DNA of 64,000 bases from an uncultured Verrucomicrobiae bacterium (GTDB taxonomy: Bacteria > Verrucomicrobiota > Verrucomicrobiia > Limisphaerales > Palsa-1400). The notes beneath the pieces were generated by a model. The model saw nothing but the letters and a program-made list of their open reading frames with translations, was not told where the DNA came from and ran no database searches. The position numbers and the translations under genes are program-made. How positions within the stretch are numbered: position 1 is the first letter of the stretch; every line of letters begins with the position of its first letter. The stretch is taken from contig CAVXRD010000002.1 in assembly GCA_963764165.1 (NCBI GenBank), positions 2,560,001-2,624,000 on the forward strand. Reading direction: 5' to 3'. Shown in pieces: positions 30,221 to 39,146 of this stretch.

Positions 30221-30929
30221 CAAGCAACTGAAAGCTGCGATACGGCGTTTTTGGGCCACGCGAGAAAGCCAAGCCTTGAAACAGGGCGCGAAAACAGGCC
30301 AAAGAGACGCCGGCGCGAGGGCTGCTGTCACGGGCGGTGCTCAAATGAACGGATTCGTTCATCTGATCCGAAGCCTGCTGTTGGAGGCAGGAATTCCCCA
30401 ACCGTCGATTCACGTTGAAAAACGAATTGAACTGCCGGGTTATTTTCGGCCCGAAAAGAAATGGGACTTGCTTGTGATTGTTGATAACTGCCTCGTTGCT
30501 TCCATCGAGTTTAAGTCTCAGATCGGCCCGTCGTTTGGGAACAATTACAATAATCGCACTGAGGAAGCGCTTGGCAGCGCAACGGACATTTGGGCTGCGT
30601 ACCGGGAAGGGGCGTTTAAGCCCTCGGCTCGACCATGGCTCGGCTATCTCATGCTTCTGGAGGAAATCGATGGATCGACCCGGCCTGTTCGAGCAAAGGA
30701 ACCGCATTTCAAAGTTTTTCCAGAGTTTAAGAATGCTTCTTATGCGAAGCGCTATGAACTGCTTTTGACAAAATTGCTCCGGGAGCGGCTATATGACGCG
30801 ACATGCTTGCTTTTATCTGACAGGGTTAATGGACCTAAAGGGCGTTATGCCGAACCAAATACCGAACTAAACTTCGAAAAATTCGCCCAGTCCTTGATCG
30901 CCCGGGCATCAGTCGTCAAAAATTCCTGA
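30207..30929 (+). CDS. PaeR7I/XhoI-family type II restriction endonuclease
   Basis: AVTGGAQMNGF, LPGYFRPEKKWDLLV, IEFKSQIGPSFGNNYNNRTEEALGSA (PD-D/ExK fold); 14-nt overlap with the MTase. Confidence 0.85.
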   Translation: MPDHSKQLKAAIRRFWATRESQALKQGAKTGQRDAGARAAVTGGAQMNGFVHLIRSLLLEAGIPQPSIHVEKRIELPGYFRPEKKWDLLVIVDNCLVASIEFKSQIGPSFGNNYNNRTEEALGSATDIWAAYREGAFKPSARPWLGYLMLLEEIDGSTRPVRAKEPHFKVFPEFKNASYAKRYELLLTKLLRERLYDATCLLLSDRVNGPKGRYAEPNTELNFEKFAQSLIARASVVKNS

Positions 30930-31049
30930 TCACAAAACCGGCACGAATTCGATTCGTGCTCCCATGGCGCACGGACTTGAATGTCGCCAGTGGTTTCTTG
31001 ATTTATTGACGAGGTCTCGTAATCTCTCAGAACGTTAGATTGAACCGTT

Positions 31050-32198
31050 ATGCAACTGGACAATGATGAGATTCGCCGATATTCGCGCCACTTGATTTTG
31101 CCCGAGGTCGGCATGGCCGGACAAAAGAGAATTTGTTCGACCAGCGTCCTTTGCATCGGCGCAGGGGGGCTTGGCTCGCCCATTGCGATGTACCTCGCGG
31201 CGGCGGGGATCGGAAAGATCGGCATTGTGGATTTCGACACGGTCGATTTTTCCAACCTCCAACGCCAGATCATCCATACCACCGCCGACGTCGGGCGTCC
31301 CAAATCGGAATCGGCCAAGGAAACCATCGAGGCCATCAATCCCAACGTCGAGGTCGTACTACACAAGACGCGCATCAGCAGCGAGAACGCGCTCGACATC
31401 ATCGCGCCCTACGACATTGTTGTCGACGGCACGGACAATTTTCCGACCCGCTACCTGACCAACGACGCTTGTGTGCTGCTGAAAAAACCGAATGTCTACG
31501 GCTCGATCTTCCGCTTTGACGGGCAAGCCAGCGTTTTTGCGCCGCACTTGAACGGGCCGTGTTACCGTTGTTTGTATCCCGAACCGCCTCCACCCGGCAT
31601 GGTGCCGAGTTGCGCCGAAGGCGGCGTTTTGGGAGTGCTGCCGGGAATCGTCGGCACGATTCAGGCCACCGAAATTTTGAAATTGGCGCTGGGCAAAGGC
31701 AGTTCGCTCATCGGGCGGCTGCTGTTGTTCAATGCGCTGGAAATGAAATTCCGCGAGGTCCGTCTGCGGCGCGATCCGAAGTGCCCGTTGTGCGGAGAAA
31801 ATCCGACCATCACCCAACTCATCGATTACGAAATGTTCTGCGGCATCACACCTCCGCCGGCCGTTCCGACCGAGGATCCGGACGAAGTCACAGTCCAGGA
31901 AATGAAAAAGGCGCTCGACGACGCCTCGCTCGGCATTCAGGTGATCGATGTGCGCGAGCAGGACGAGCACGACATCGCGCACGTCGAAGGCGTGCCGCTG
32001 TATCCGCTGAGCGCGCTGCACGAGGAATTCGTGAAGTTGAACCCGAACCAGCAGATTTACATTCACTGCAAGAGCGGTGTGCGATCGCTGCGGGCGCTGC
32101 ATTTTTTGCGCGACCAGGGATTCAAATACGTGAAGAGCGTCAAAGGCGGCATCAGCGCCTGGTCGGACGAAATTGATCACAATGTTCCCAAATATTAA
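31050..32198 (+). CDS. moeB: MoeB/ThiF adenylyltransferase with C-terminal rhodanese (MoeZ-type)
   Basis: RYSRH, GAGGLGSP, SNLQRQ, CYRC/CPLC zinc sites, rhodanese HCKSGVRS. Confidence 0.92.
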   Translation: MQLDNDEIRRYSRHLILPEVGMAGQKRICSTSVLCIGAGGLGSPIAMYLAAAGIGKIGIVDFDTVDFSNLQRQIIHTTADVGRPKSESAKETIEAINPNVEVVLHKTRISSENALDIIAPYDIVVDGTDNFPTRYLTNDACVLLKKPNVYGSIFRFDGQASVFAPHLNGPCYRCLYPEPPPPGMVPSCAEGGVLGVLPGIVGTIQATEILKLALGKGSSLIGRLLLFNALEMKFREVRLRRDPKCPLCGENPTITQLIDYEMFCGITPPPAVPTEDPDEVTVQEMKKALDDASLGIQVIDVREQDEHDIAHVEGVPLYPLSALHEEFVKLNPNQQIYIHCKSGVRSLRALHFLRDQGFKYVKSVKGGISAWSDEIDHNVPKY

Positions 32199-32223
32199 GA
32201 AATGGAAGTGAAGGCTGGACTGA

Positions 32224-32772
32224 ATGGAAGGCTCCATCCCCCAACCAACCGGGACGCAAATCCTCCCGGCCACCGAGCAGGACCTGCCGGCCTTGGCTGA
32301 ACTGGCTGGTGTCATCTGGCGCGCCTATTATCCGGGCATTATTTCACACGAGCAGATTGATTACATGCTCGCGCGCATGTACTCGCTGGACACGCTGCGC
32401 GAGGATATTTCGCGCCGCTCGGTTCGTTACGAACGCCTTATAGTTGACGGCAAGTTCGCCGGTTTCGCGGGCTGGGGGCCGGCTGATCAGGCGGGGCTAT
32501 TCAAGCTGCATAAACTTTACGTTGATCCATCCTGCCACGGGAAGGGATTGGGCACGCTGCTCCTGAGACATTGCGAACAGGCGGCGGCGGCGCTGGGCGC
32601 CACGCAATTGTTTCTGACTGTCAACAAACGGAATGAAAGAGCCATCAAGGCGTATCGCCGCAGCGGATTTCAAGTGACCAGTTCGGTGATCGCGGACATT
32701 GGCGGCGGATTTGTGATGGACGATTTCGTCATGTCCAAGGCCCTGAATTATCCGCCAGACGAAGAACATTGA
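32224..32772 (+). CDS. GNAT acetyltransferase
   Basis: Motifs LHKLYV, HGKGLG, VNKRNERAIKAYRRSGF. Confidence 0.9.
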   Translation: MEGSIPQPTGTQILPATEQDLPALAELAGVIWRAYYPGIISHEQIDYMLARMYSLDTLREDISRRSVRYERLIVDGKFAGFAGWGPADQAGLFKLHKLYVDPSCHGKGLGTLLLRHCEQAAAALGATQLFLTVNKRNERAIKAYRRSGFQVTSSVIADIGGGFVMDDFVMSKALNYPPDEEH

Positions 32773-32802
32773 AGCGCGCGCAAGAAGTTGTAGATTGGAA
32801 TC

Positions 32803-33423
32803 ATGGCTGCTGAAGAACGCGTCCTTTGTTTTGAACGAAAACTCCTCGATAGCATAGGTGATTTTCAGGGATTGAGCCTGGAGGCGGAAAAATATCTGCC
32901 CGTCCTGACCGCCAAGGCGAACCTCTCTTACCACAACCGCAGCGAGGCCGAGCAAAACAAAAATTTCAAACAGCTCATCCCGTATGTTTTGCTGCTTTGC
33001 GGCGATAAAATCCTGCGCTACCGCCGCGGCAAAACCGGCGGCGAAACGCGACTGCACGGCTTGTATTCCGTCGGCATCGGCGGCCACATCTCCGAGGAGG
33101 ACCACGGCCTGTTTTCCGAAGGCCCCGGCTACCAGGACGGCATGAAGCGCGAATTGATGGAAGAAGTGGGCATCGATGCCGGCGTCGAACCCGCCCTGGC
33201 GGTCATCAACGACGACAGCACGGAAGTGGGCCAGGTGCATTTTGGCGTGGTGCACATTGTGCGGCTGCCGGACGAAACCGTCGCCACCCGCCGCAGCGGC
33301 ATCAACAGCCCGGAATTCGTGACCATGGAAGAAGCCGTGCGGGATTTGTCGATTTACGAGACGTGGTCTTCGCTGTGCCTGGAGAGTTTTGCGGCGCTGG
33401 CGGCTAAAGCGTCGGTGAGTTAG
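32803..33423 (+). CDS. Predicted NUDIX-like phosphoesterase
   Basis: Motifs FKQLIPY, GETRLHGLYSVGIGGHI, RELMEEV, INDDSTEVGQVHFG. Confidence 0.8.
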   Translation: MAAEERVLCFERKLLDSIGDFQGLSLEAEKYLPVLTAKANLSYHNRSEAEQNKNFKQLIPYVLLLCGDKILRYRRGKTGGETRLHGLYSVGIGGHISEEDHGLFSEGPGYQDGMKRELMEEVGIDAGVEPALAVINDDSTEVGQVHFGVVHIVRLPDETVATRRSGINSPEFVTMEEAVRDLSIYETWSSLCLESFAALAAKASVS

Positions 33424-33435
33424 AGTGTGTTTTGC

Positions 33436-33537
33436 ATATAATCTCCAAAAAGGGGCAACACCCGCTACACTGTTGATATCAAGGCGTTTAAGTAGCTACA
33501 AAAAGGCAACAGGGGGGCAACAAACCCGCTACATTTT
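33436..33537. repeat. GCTACA/GCAACA hexamer array, copy 2 (inverted relative to 14449-14551)
   Basis: Direct alignment by eye with copy 1. Confidence 0.85.
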
Positions 33538-33897
33538 GAGTCTGCGCCGGCTCTCAGCCCAATGTGCCCGTTAAACTTCGCCCTCTGAGTTTCACACCCG
33601 CTTCCACATGTTTCCAAGTCACGCATGGAAGCCATTCGAGCTATTGATACAAAGACGCGGCGATTTTGCAATTCACGCTGCCGGCCCGTGCGCATAAAAC
33701 CGTCTGGATGGCTAGCGGCACAAAACATGACCATATAGAGGTGCTCGGGCTTCGAGAGTGTGCAAGGTGGCGCGGCGGGTCGCTTTCCACAGTGCAATCG
33801 AATAAAGCTGGCCCCGCATCTTGATGCGATGGTTTTTCGGGCAACTACTGCAATATTCCCCCCGTCGCCGCCGTAATGGGATTGAAAGGAAATTATT

Positions 33898-34029
33898 ATG
33901 ATGCTGGCACACATGTTTGGATTTGGTTTTCACGGGCGCGGATTTGGCGGCGGACTGCTCGTGGTTCTCATCGTTCTCGCTTTCGCGGTCATTATTGCGA
34001 CGTGGCCGAGCAAGACAGAGCCGAAATGA
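33898..34029 (+). CDS. Small single-TM protein (43 aa), absent from the ORF track
   Basis: MMLAHMFGFGFHGRGFGGGLLVVLIVLAFAVIIATWPSKTEPK*; RBS GAAAGGA 7 nt upstream. Confidence 0.6.
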   Translation: MMLAHMFGFGFHGRGFGGGLLVVLIVLAFAVIIATWPSKTEPK

Positions 34030-34090
34030 CTTAATTTACGCCTGGGTGTGCCCGATTTCGAGCCGCCCAGGCTACGGTGCATGGAGGCAA

Positions 34091-34864
34091 TTACTTCAAC
34101 GGAATTTTCAGGAGCTCTTCTTCCGTCTCGGGCTTTGGATGCGGTTCGGCGCGGGCGGCTTCGGACAAATCGTCTTTGATCTGAGCCGCGCCTTCGCCGC
34201 CCCATTTTGAGCGGATGAAATTCAAGACAGTCGCGATCTGTTCGTCATCCAGATTTTCCCGCCACGGCGGCATGGTGAGATTCCAGGTCTGACCTTGAAC
34301 GTGGATGGGGCCGGTGACGCCGTTCAACACGATGCGCACCAGCCTGTCGCCGCTGGGCGCCTTGATCCATTCGGAACCGGCCAGCGGGGGCGCGAGACCC
34401 TCTTTGCCTTCGCCGTTCGGTTGGTGGCAGGCGGCGCAGAGTTTGGTAAATATCGCCCGGCCCTTGCTTGCCGTATCGCCGTCGCTGGTCATGACCGAGC
34501 GCAGGAACGATTGCAGCACTGGATCGCTGGTCGCGTAGTTCAAATAGATGATGCGATTCGTATCGATGAAAAAGCCGGGCTCGGATGCGAGTGAAGGCGC
34601 GTTGGTTTTCACTTGCTCGCGCAGCTTCGCCAGATCCATCGAATCCTGCCGGAGATATTCGATTTCCTTCGCATTGCGCGCCATCAAAGCCTCCGCCGCT
34701 TTGCGGGCCGATTCGGATTTTTCGAGATCCTCCTGCAAAGACGATACATTGCTGCGCCACCCTTCGATTTCTCGCCGTGACATGTGCGTCAAGATAGTCG
34801 CCGTGAGGGCGGCCCCGAGAAGCAACCCGAAAAGAGCGCCAACAATTAAAGTCAACCCTCGCAT
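34091..34864 (-). CDS. Membrane-anchored cytochrome c with coiled-coil linker
   Basis: N-terminal TM, CAACH heme motif, PPLAGS, MPPW. Confidence 0.88.
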   Translation of the reverse strand: MRGLTLIVGALFGLLLGAALTATILTHMSRREIEGWRSNVSSLQEDLEKSESARKAAEALMARNAKEIEYLRQDSMDLAKLREQVKTNAPSLASEPGFFIDTNRIIYLNYATSDPVLQSFLRSVMTSDGDTASKGRAIFTKLCAACHQPNGEGKEGLAPPLAGSEWIKAPSGDRLVRIVLNGVTGPIHVQGQTWNLTMPPWRENLDDEQIATVLNFIRSKWGGEGAAQIKDDLSEAARAEPHPKPETEEELLKIPLK

Positions 34865-34873
34865 GTCAACAAT

Positions 34874-36019
34874 TCAGCTCCCGATCAACCGCTGGTGTTC
34901 GGAGATGGCGTAACGGTCCGTCATCCCGGAAATATAATCGCAAATCGCGCGAGGCCAGCCCGTCTTGCGGGCGCGTTTGCGCGACGCTTCCCCGATTTGC
35001 TGGCGGTTCGCTGTGAAAAAGGCGAACAAATCCTTGAGCATTTCCCCCGCGCGCTCATTCGGCTTCGCGACCTCTGGATGAGAGTAAAGATTCTTGTAGA
35101 GGTATTTGCTCAATTCCGCATTCAGGCTGCGCCGCCCTGGGCTGTAACGCACCAGCGGGCGCGGCTGGCGGCGGACGTCATCGGCGGTTTTCACGCCGGA
35201 TTTCAAAATGGCGGCTTCGCTCGTTTCCACCACGTCGCGCACCTGATCGTCGATGATGCATCGTATGATGAAATAATGACGAACTTCCGCAGGCAATTCG
35301 CCGTGCTCCTTTTTCAGCGTTTCCAACGCTTGCGCGAAAACGCGCACGTTGCGCTTCAAATCCTCCTCGGACAAAAGCCCGGAATCGAGGCCGTCATCCA
35401 AATCGTGGCTATTGTAAATGAGCGCGTCGGCGAGATTCGCAATTTGCGCTTCGAGGCTCGGTGAAGTGGCGGAGAAGCCTTTGTGCAATCCGGGCTGGTC
35501 GTAGGAAGTTTGGTGCTTGATCAATCCTTCGCGGACTTCCCACGTCAGATTCAATCCGCGAAATCCCGGATATTTTTCCTCCAGCTCCTCGACGATGCGC
35601 AAACTCTGGCGATTGTGCTCGAACCCGCCGTGCTCGCGCATCAAGCGATTCAAAACATCCTCGCCGCGATGGCCGAACGGCGAATGCCCGAGGTCGTGCG
35701 CGAAGGCAATCGTCTCCGCCAGATCCTCATTCAATCGCAAAGCGCGGGCCAGGCTGCGCGACATGGCGGCGACTTCCATCGTGTGCGTCAGCCGCGTGCG
35801 AAGATGGTCGCCGGTGCCGTTGAGAAAAACTTGCGTCTTGTATTCAAGGCGGCGGAAGGCGCGCGAATGAATGACGCGGTCGCGGTCGCGCTGGTATTCG
35901 GTGCGCCAGGAGGCGGGTTCCTCCGGGAAAATGCGCCCGCGCGTATCCCCGCTGAATTGCGCGTAGGAAGCGAGCGTCTGGCGCTCTCGCGTTTCGAGTT
36001 CTTCCCGGGAGCAAGGCAT
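34874..36019 (-). CDS. dgt: Deoxyguanosinetriphosphate triphosphohydrolase
   Basis: Motifs RDRDRVIHSRAFRRLEYKTQVF, RTRLTH, HDLGHSPFGH, DYISGMTD. Confidence 0.93.
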   Translation of the reverse strand: MPCSREELETRERQTLASYAQFSGDTRGRIFPEEPASWRTEYQRDRDRVIHSRAFRRLEYKTQVFLNGTGDHLRTRLTHTMEVAAMSRSLARALRLNEDLAETIAFAHDLGHSPFGHRGEDVLNRLMREHGGFEHNRQSLRIVEELEEKYPGFRGLNLTWEVREGLIKHQTSYDQPGLHKGFSATSPSLEAQIANLADALIYNSHDLDDGLDSGLLSEEDLKRNVRVFAQALETLKKEHGELPAEVRHYFIIRCIIDDQVRDVVETSEAAILKSGVKTADDVRRQPRPLVRYSPGRRSLNAELSKYLYKNLYSHPEVAKPNERAGEMLKDLFAFFTANRQQIGEASRKRARKTGWPRAICDYISGMTDRYAISEHQRLIGS

Positions 36020-36032
36020 GGCGCCGAGTGAG

Positions 36033-37256
36033 TTAGTTGGCCAGCAATTCCTGCACCGAAATGCCGCGCAACTCGAACAGCCGCTTGATCGCGTCTTCAA
36101 TCAAGTTGTTGGGGCAGGACGCGCCAGCGGTGATGCCCACGGTGATTTTGCCGGGCGGCAGCCAGTTGGCCGTCTCCACTTCCTTCTGCTGCGAAAGGCT
36201 GTAGTGGCGGATGACCTTGTCGGATACCATCATCGCCGCATTCTTGACAAAGTAAGTCGCCAGCCGCGCCTCGCCCATTTCGGCCAGATGCGACGTGTTG
36301 GAGGAATTGTAGCCGCCGATGACCAGCAGCAAATCCATGGGCTCGCGCAAAAGTTTTTCGAGCGCGTCCTGGCGATCCTGCGTCGCGCCGCAAATCGTGT
36401 CAAAGAAGCGGAAATGCTTTTCAACTTCGGATTCGCCATAGCGCGCGATCATGGCCTGCTTGATGCGGCGCTGCACTTCCTCCGTTTCGCCGCGCAGCAT
36501 GGTGGTCTGATTGGCCACGCCCACGGCTGTCAAATGAACTTCCGGATCGAACCCGGCGGAATAAGCGCCCTTGAACTTGTCGAGAAATTCCTGCTTCGAT
36601 CCGCCGCTCTTGATGAAATTGCAGACGTAATCCGTCTCGGATAAATTATACACGACAAGATAATGCCCCGGCCCGTGCGCGGTCGCCTGCGAAGTGGTCG
36701 CCTTGGTTTCCTCGTGCTTGGCCTTGCCGTGAATGATGCTGGTGACGCTTTCCTTGGAATACTGCCGGACGCGCTTCCACACGCTCATCACGTCGCCGCA
36801 CGTGGTGTCGACGAGCTCGCAGCCCTTTGCAATGAGTTTCTGCTTCGTCTCCACTTCCGTGCCGAAGGCGGGAATGATCACCACGTCGCTGGCTTTCAAA
36901 TCAGCCAATTCTTCGTCCGTCGGTTTGGGCGAAATAATGTGAATGCCCATGTTCCGAATCTGGTCGTTGACCTCGGGATTGTGAATGATTTCGCCGAGAA
37001 GATAAATCGCCGTGGGCGGCGGAAAAACTTTGCGGGCCGCGTAAGCGAGATCAATGGCGCGCTCGACGCCGTAGCAAAAGCCGAATTCCTTCGCCAGCTT
37101 GATGGTCAGCAAACCATCCGCGGACAAGACGTGGCCCTTGTCCCGGATTCGATTGACCAATCCGCTGCGATAATGTGAAAGCACCTGGGCCTGCACGGCC
37201 TCCATGACATCGGGCCGGCGCAGGTTGATTTTTTTCCGCTCATCCAAAGTTGACAT
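36033..37256 (-). CDS. ispH: 4-hydroxy-3-methylbut-2-enyl diphosphate reductase
   Basis: Motifs GFCYGVERA, IIHNP, DTTC, NQTT, DTICGATQDRQ, SSNT, TAGASCP. Confidence 0.95.
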   Translation of the reverse strand: MSTLDERKKINLRRPDVMEAVQAQVLSHYRSGLVNRIRDKGHVLSADGLLTIKLAKEFGFCYGVERAIDLAYAARKVFPPPTAIYLLGEIIHNPEVNDQIRNMGIHIISPKPTDEELADLKASDVVIIPAFGTEVETKQKLIAKGCELVDTTCGDVMSVWKRVRQYSKESVTSIIHGKAKHEETKATTSQATAHGPGHYLVVYNLSETDYVCNFIKSGGSKQEFLDKFKGAYSAGFDPEVHLTAVGVANQTTMLRGETEEVQRRIKQAMIARYGESEVEKHFRFFDTICGATQDRQDALEKLLREPMDLLLVIGGYNSSNTSHLAEMGEARLATYFVKNAAMMVSDKVIRHYSLSQQKEVETANWLPPGKITVGITAGASCPNNLIEDAIKRLFELRGISVQELLAN

Positions 37257-37478
37257 GCCAATTTGAAGATACCGATGGTTTTGCCCCGCGTCGAGAACGA
37301 TTCCGCGCAGGGCCGAACCGCCGCGTGAGGGTATGCGGCCTGGCAGGGACACCGCCATTTCAGCATTGCAGGCCGGGTGCCGTTCGTGCGCGCATGCGCC
37401 CGTATATCGCTCGTCCGCACCCGCTGATTTCGGCAAAAACATTGTAACCAATCCTGCACGAGCGGCATTTATCTATGG

Positions 37479-38486
37479 ATGCAGGAATTGGACGACATTT
37501 CGTTGTTGCGTGAATACGTCGAGTGCGAATCTGAGGACGCGTTCGCTGCGCTCGTCGCGCGTCACGTCAACAAAGTCTATTCCATTGCCTTGCGCCACGC
37601 GCGCAATCCACATCAAGCCGAGGAAATCACGCAGGCGGTTTTTGTCATTCTGGCCAGAAAAGCCGGGCAGTTGGGCGCGCAGGTCATCCTCTCGGGCTGG
37701 CTGTGTCGAACCGCGCAATTGACGGCGGTGACGTTCGTCCGCAGTGAAACCCGCCGTGCCCGGCGTGAACAGGAGGCTTATATGCGAAATCCGCCGGTCG
37801 AAACCGAGTCTGAGGTCTGGCCTCAAATCGAGCCGCTGCTGGACGCGGCGATGGCCGGATTAAGCGAAGCGGACCATCACGCGGTGGTGCTGCGGTTCTT
37901 CGACAGGAAAAGCATGAAGGAAGTGGGTGCGGCCCTTGGCGCAAGCGAAGGCGCGGCCAAGGTGCGCGTCAATCGCGCCGTCGAAAAGCTGCGACTATTC
38001 TTCTCCCGGCGAGGCATCGCTGTTTCGGTCCTGATTTTAACGGCGGCAATTTCCGCGAACTCGGTTCAATCCGCGCCCGCGACCCTGGCGAAAACGGCAA
38101 CGACGGCCGCGTTGACCAAAGGCGCGACAGCTTCCACCCCGACCTTACACCTCATCAAAGGAGTTTTGAAAATCATGGCATGGACAAAAACAAAAATGGC
38201 CATCGTGGCTGGAGTCGTCACGCTGCTCGTGGCAGGAACCGCGACTGTCGTCGTCGTCAAAAAGACATCACACCCGGCTCGCATTTCTGCCGACCGAAGG
38301 CCGGTCGATTTTCCTCGGGGTGCGCGAGTTGTGGGTCCCAATCGCCCGGGCCTGGACGGTGTGGCTCCGGGTGATCCGATAGCGAAACCCAGCCCGAATA
38401 TTCGTTTTGCCGACTTGACTCCCGGGCAGCGGGTCCAGGAAGCCCGCCGACATCTGCCGGAGTCCATCGATCATCCACGGAACTAG
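37479..38486 (+). CDS. ECF sigma-70 factor with C-terminal TM extension
   Basis: Region 2 (AFAALVARH, AEEITQAVF, GWL) and region 4 (LRFFDRKSMKEVG...KVRVNRA); TM segment KMAIVAGVVTLLVAG. Confidence 0.9.
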   Translation: MQELDDISLLREYVECESEDAFAALVARHVNKVYSIALRHARNPHQAEEITQAVFVILARKAGQLGAQVILSGWLCRTAQLTAVTFVRSETRRARREQEAYMRNPPVETESEVWPQIEPLLDAAMAGLSEADHHAVVLRFFDRKSMKEVGAALGASEGAAKVRVNRAVEKLRLFFSRRGIAVSVLILTAAISANSVQSAPATLAKTATTAALTKGATASTPTLHLIKGVLKIMAWTKTKMAIVAGVVTLLVAGTATVVVVKKTSHPARISADRRPVDFPRGARVVGPNRPGLDGVAPGDPIAKPSPNIRFADLTPGQRVQEARRHLPESIDHPRN

Positions 38487-38507
38487 ACCTCCAACTTCCA
38501 TTCTCCC

Positions 38508-39125
38508 ATGTATAAAAAATCTTCCGCCTTCACGTTGACGGAGTTGCTCGTGGTGATCGCAATTATCGGCATTCTGGCCGCCTTGCTGCTGCCCGCGCTC
38601 GGCCGCACGAAAGGTCAGGCCCGCAATTCAGTCTGCACGAATAACCTCCGGCAGCTCGGCATTGCCACGCGGCTTTATTCCGACGAAAACGGGGGACGTC
38701 TGCCAAGCGCCGAAATCCTGCCCACGGACCCGATTAATCCCGCCCGCCCTCTGCCTCGTATTTGCGACGTGCTCGCCCCCTGCATCGGCAGGGCCACTGG
38801 CATGGATACAAATCGCGTGACCGTTTTTAAATGCCCCTCCGACAATACGAGCCTGTTCACCACTGAAGGCTCCAGCTATGAGTGGAACGAGGGCCTGAAC
38901 GGCCAGCGCATCGACCAAACCACAACTACAAACGTCATGGCCACTATCGCGAACGACCAGACCGGCGAAGTGGCATTCAGCACCAATTGGGCGTTGACGT
39001 TGCCGCCCCAAACCACTCCTCTTTTGCTGGACTACGAGGACTTCCATCCTCGCCCGCCCAAATCGGGAAAGAATGCTGTTTACATGGACAACCATGTGGC
39101 GGCTCTTGATGTCTTGCCTAAATGA
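38508..39125 (+). CDS. Prepilin-type N-terminal cleavage/methylation protein (H-X9-DG/DUF1559-like)
   Basis: [40 protein letters not shown]...NAVYMDNHV. Confidence 0.88.
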   Translation: MYKKSSAFTLTELLVVIAIIGILAALLLPALGRTKGQARNSVCTNNLRQLGIATRLYSDENGGRLPSAEILPTDPINPARPLPRICDVLAPCIGRATGMDTNRVTVFKCPSDNTSLFTTEGSSYEWNEGLNGQRIDQTTTTNVMATIANDQTGEVAFSTNWALTLPPQTTPLLLDYEDFHPRPPKSGKNAVYMDNHVAALDVLPK

Positions 39126-39146
39126 GCAAGCGGCATGCCGTCGTGT

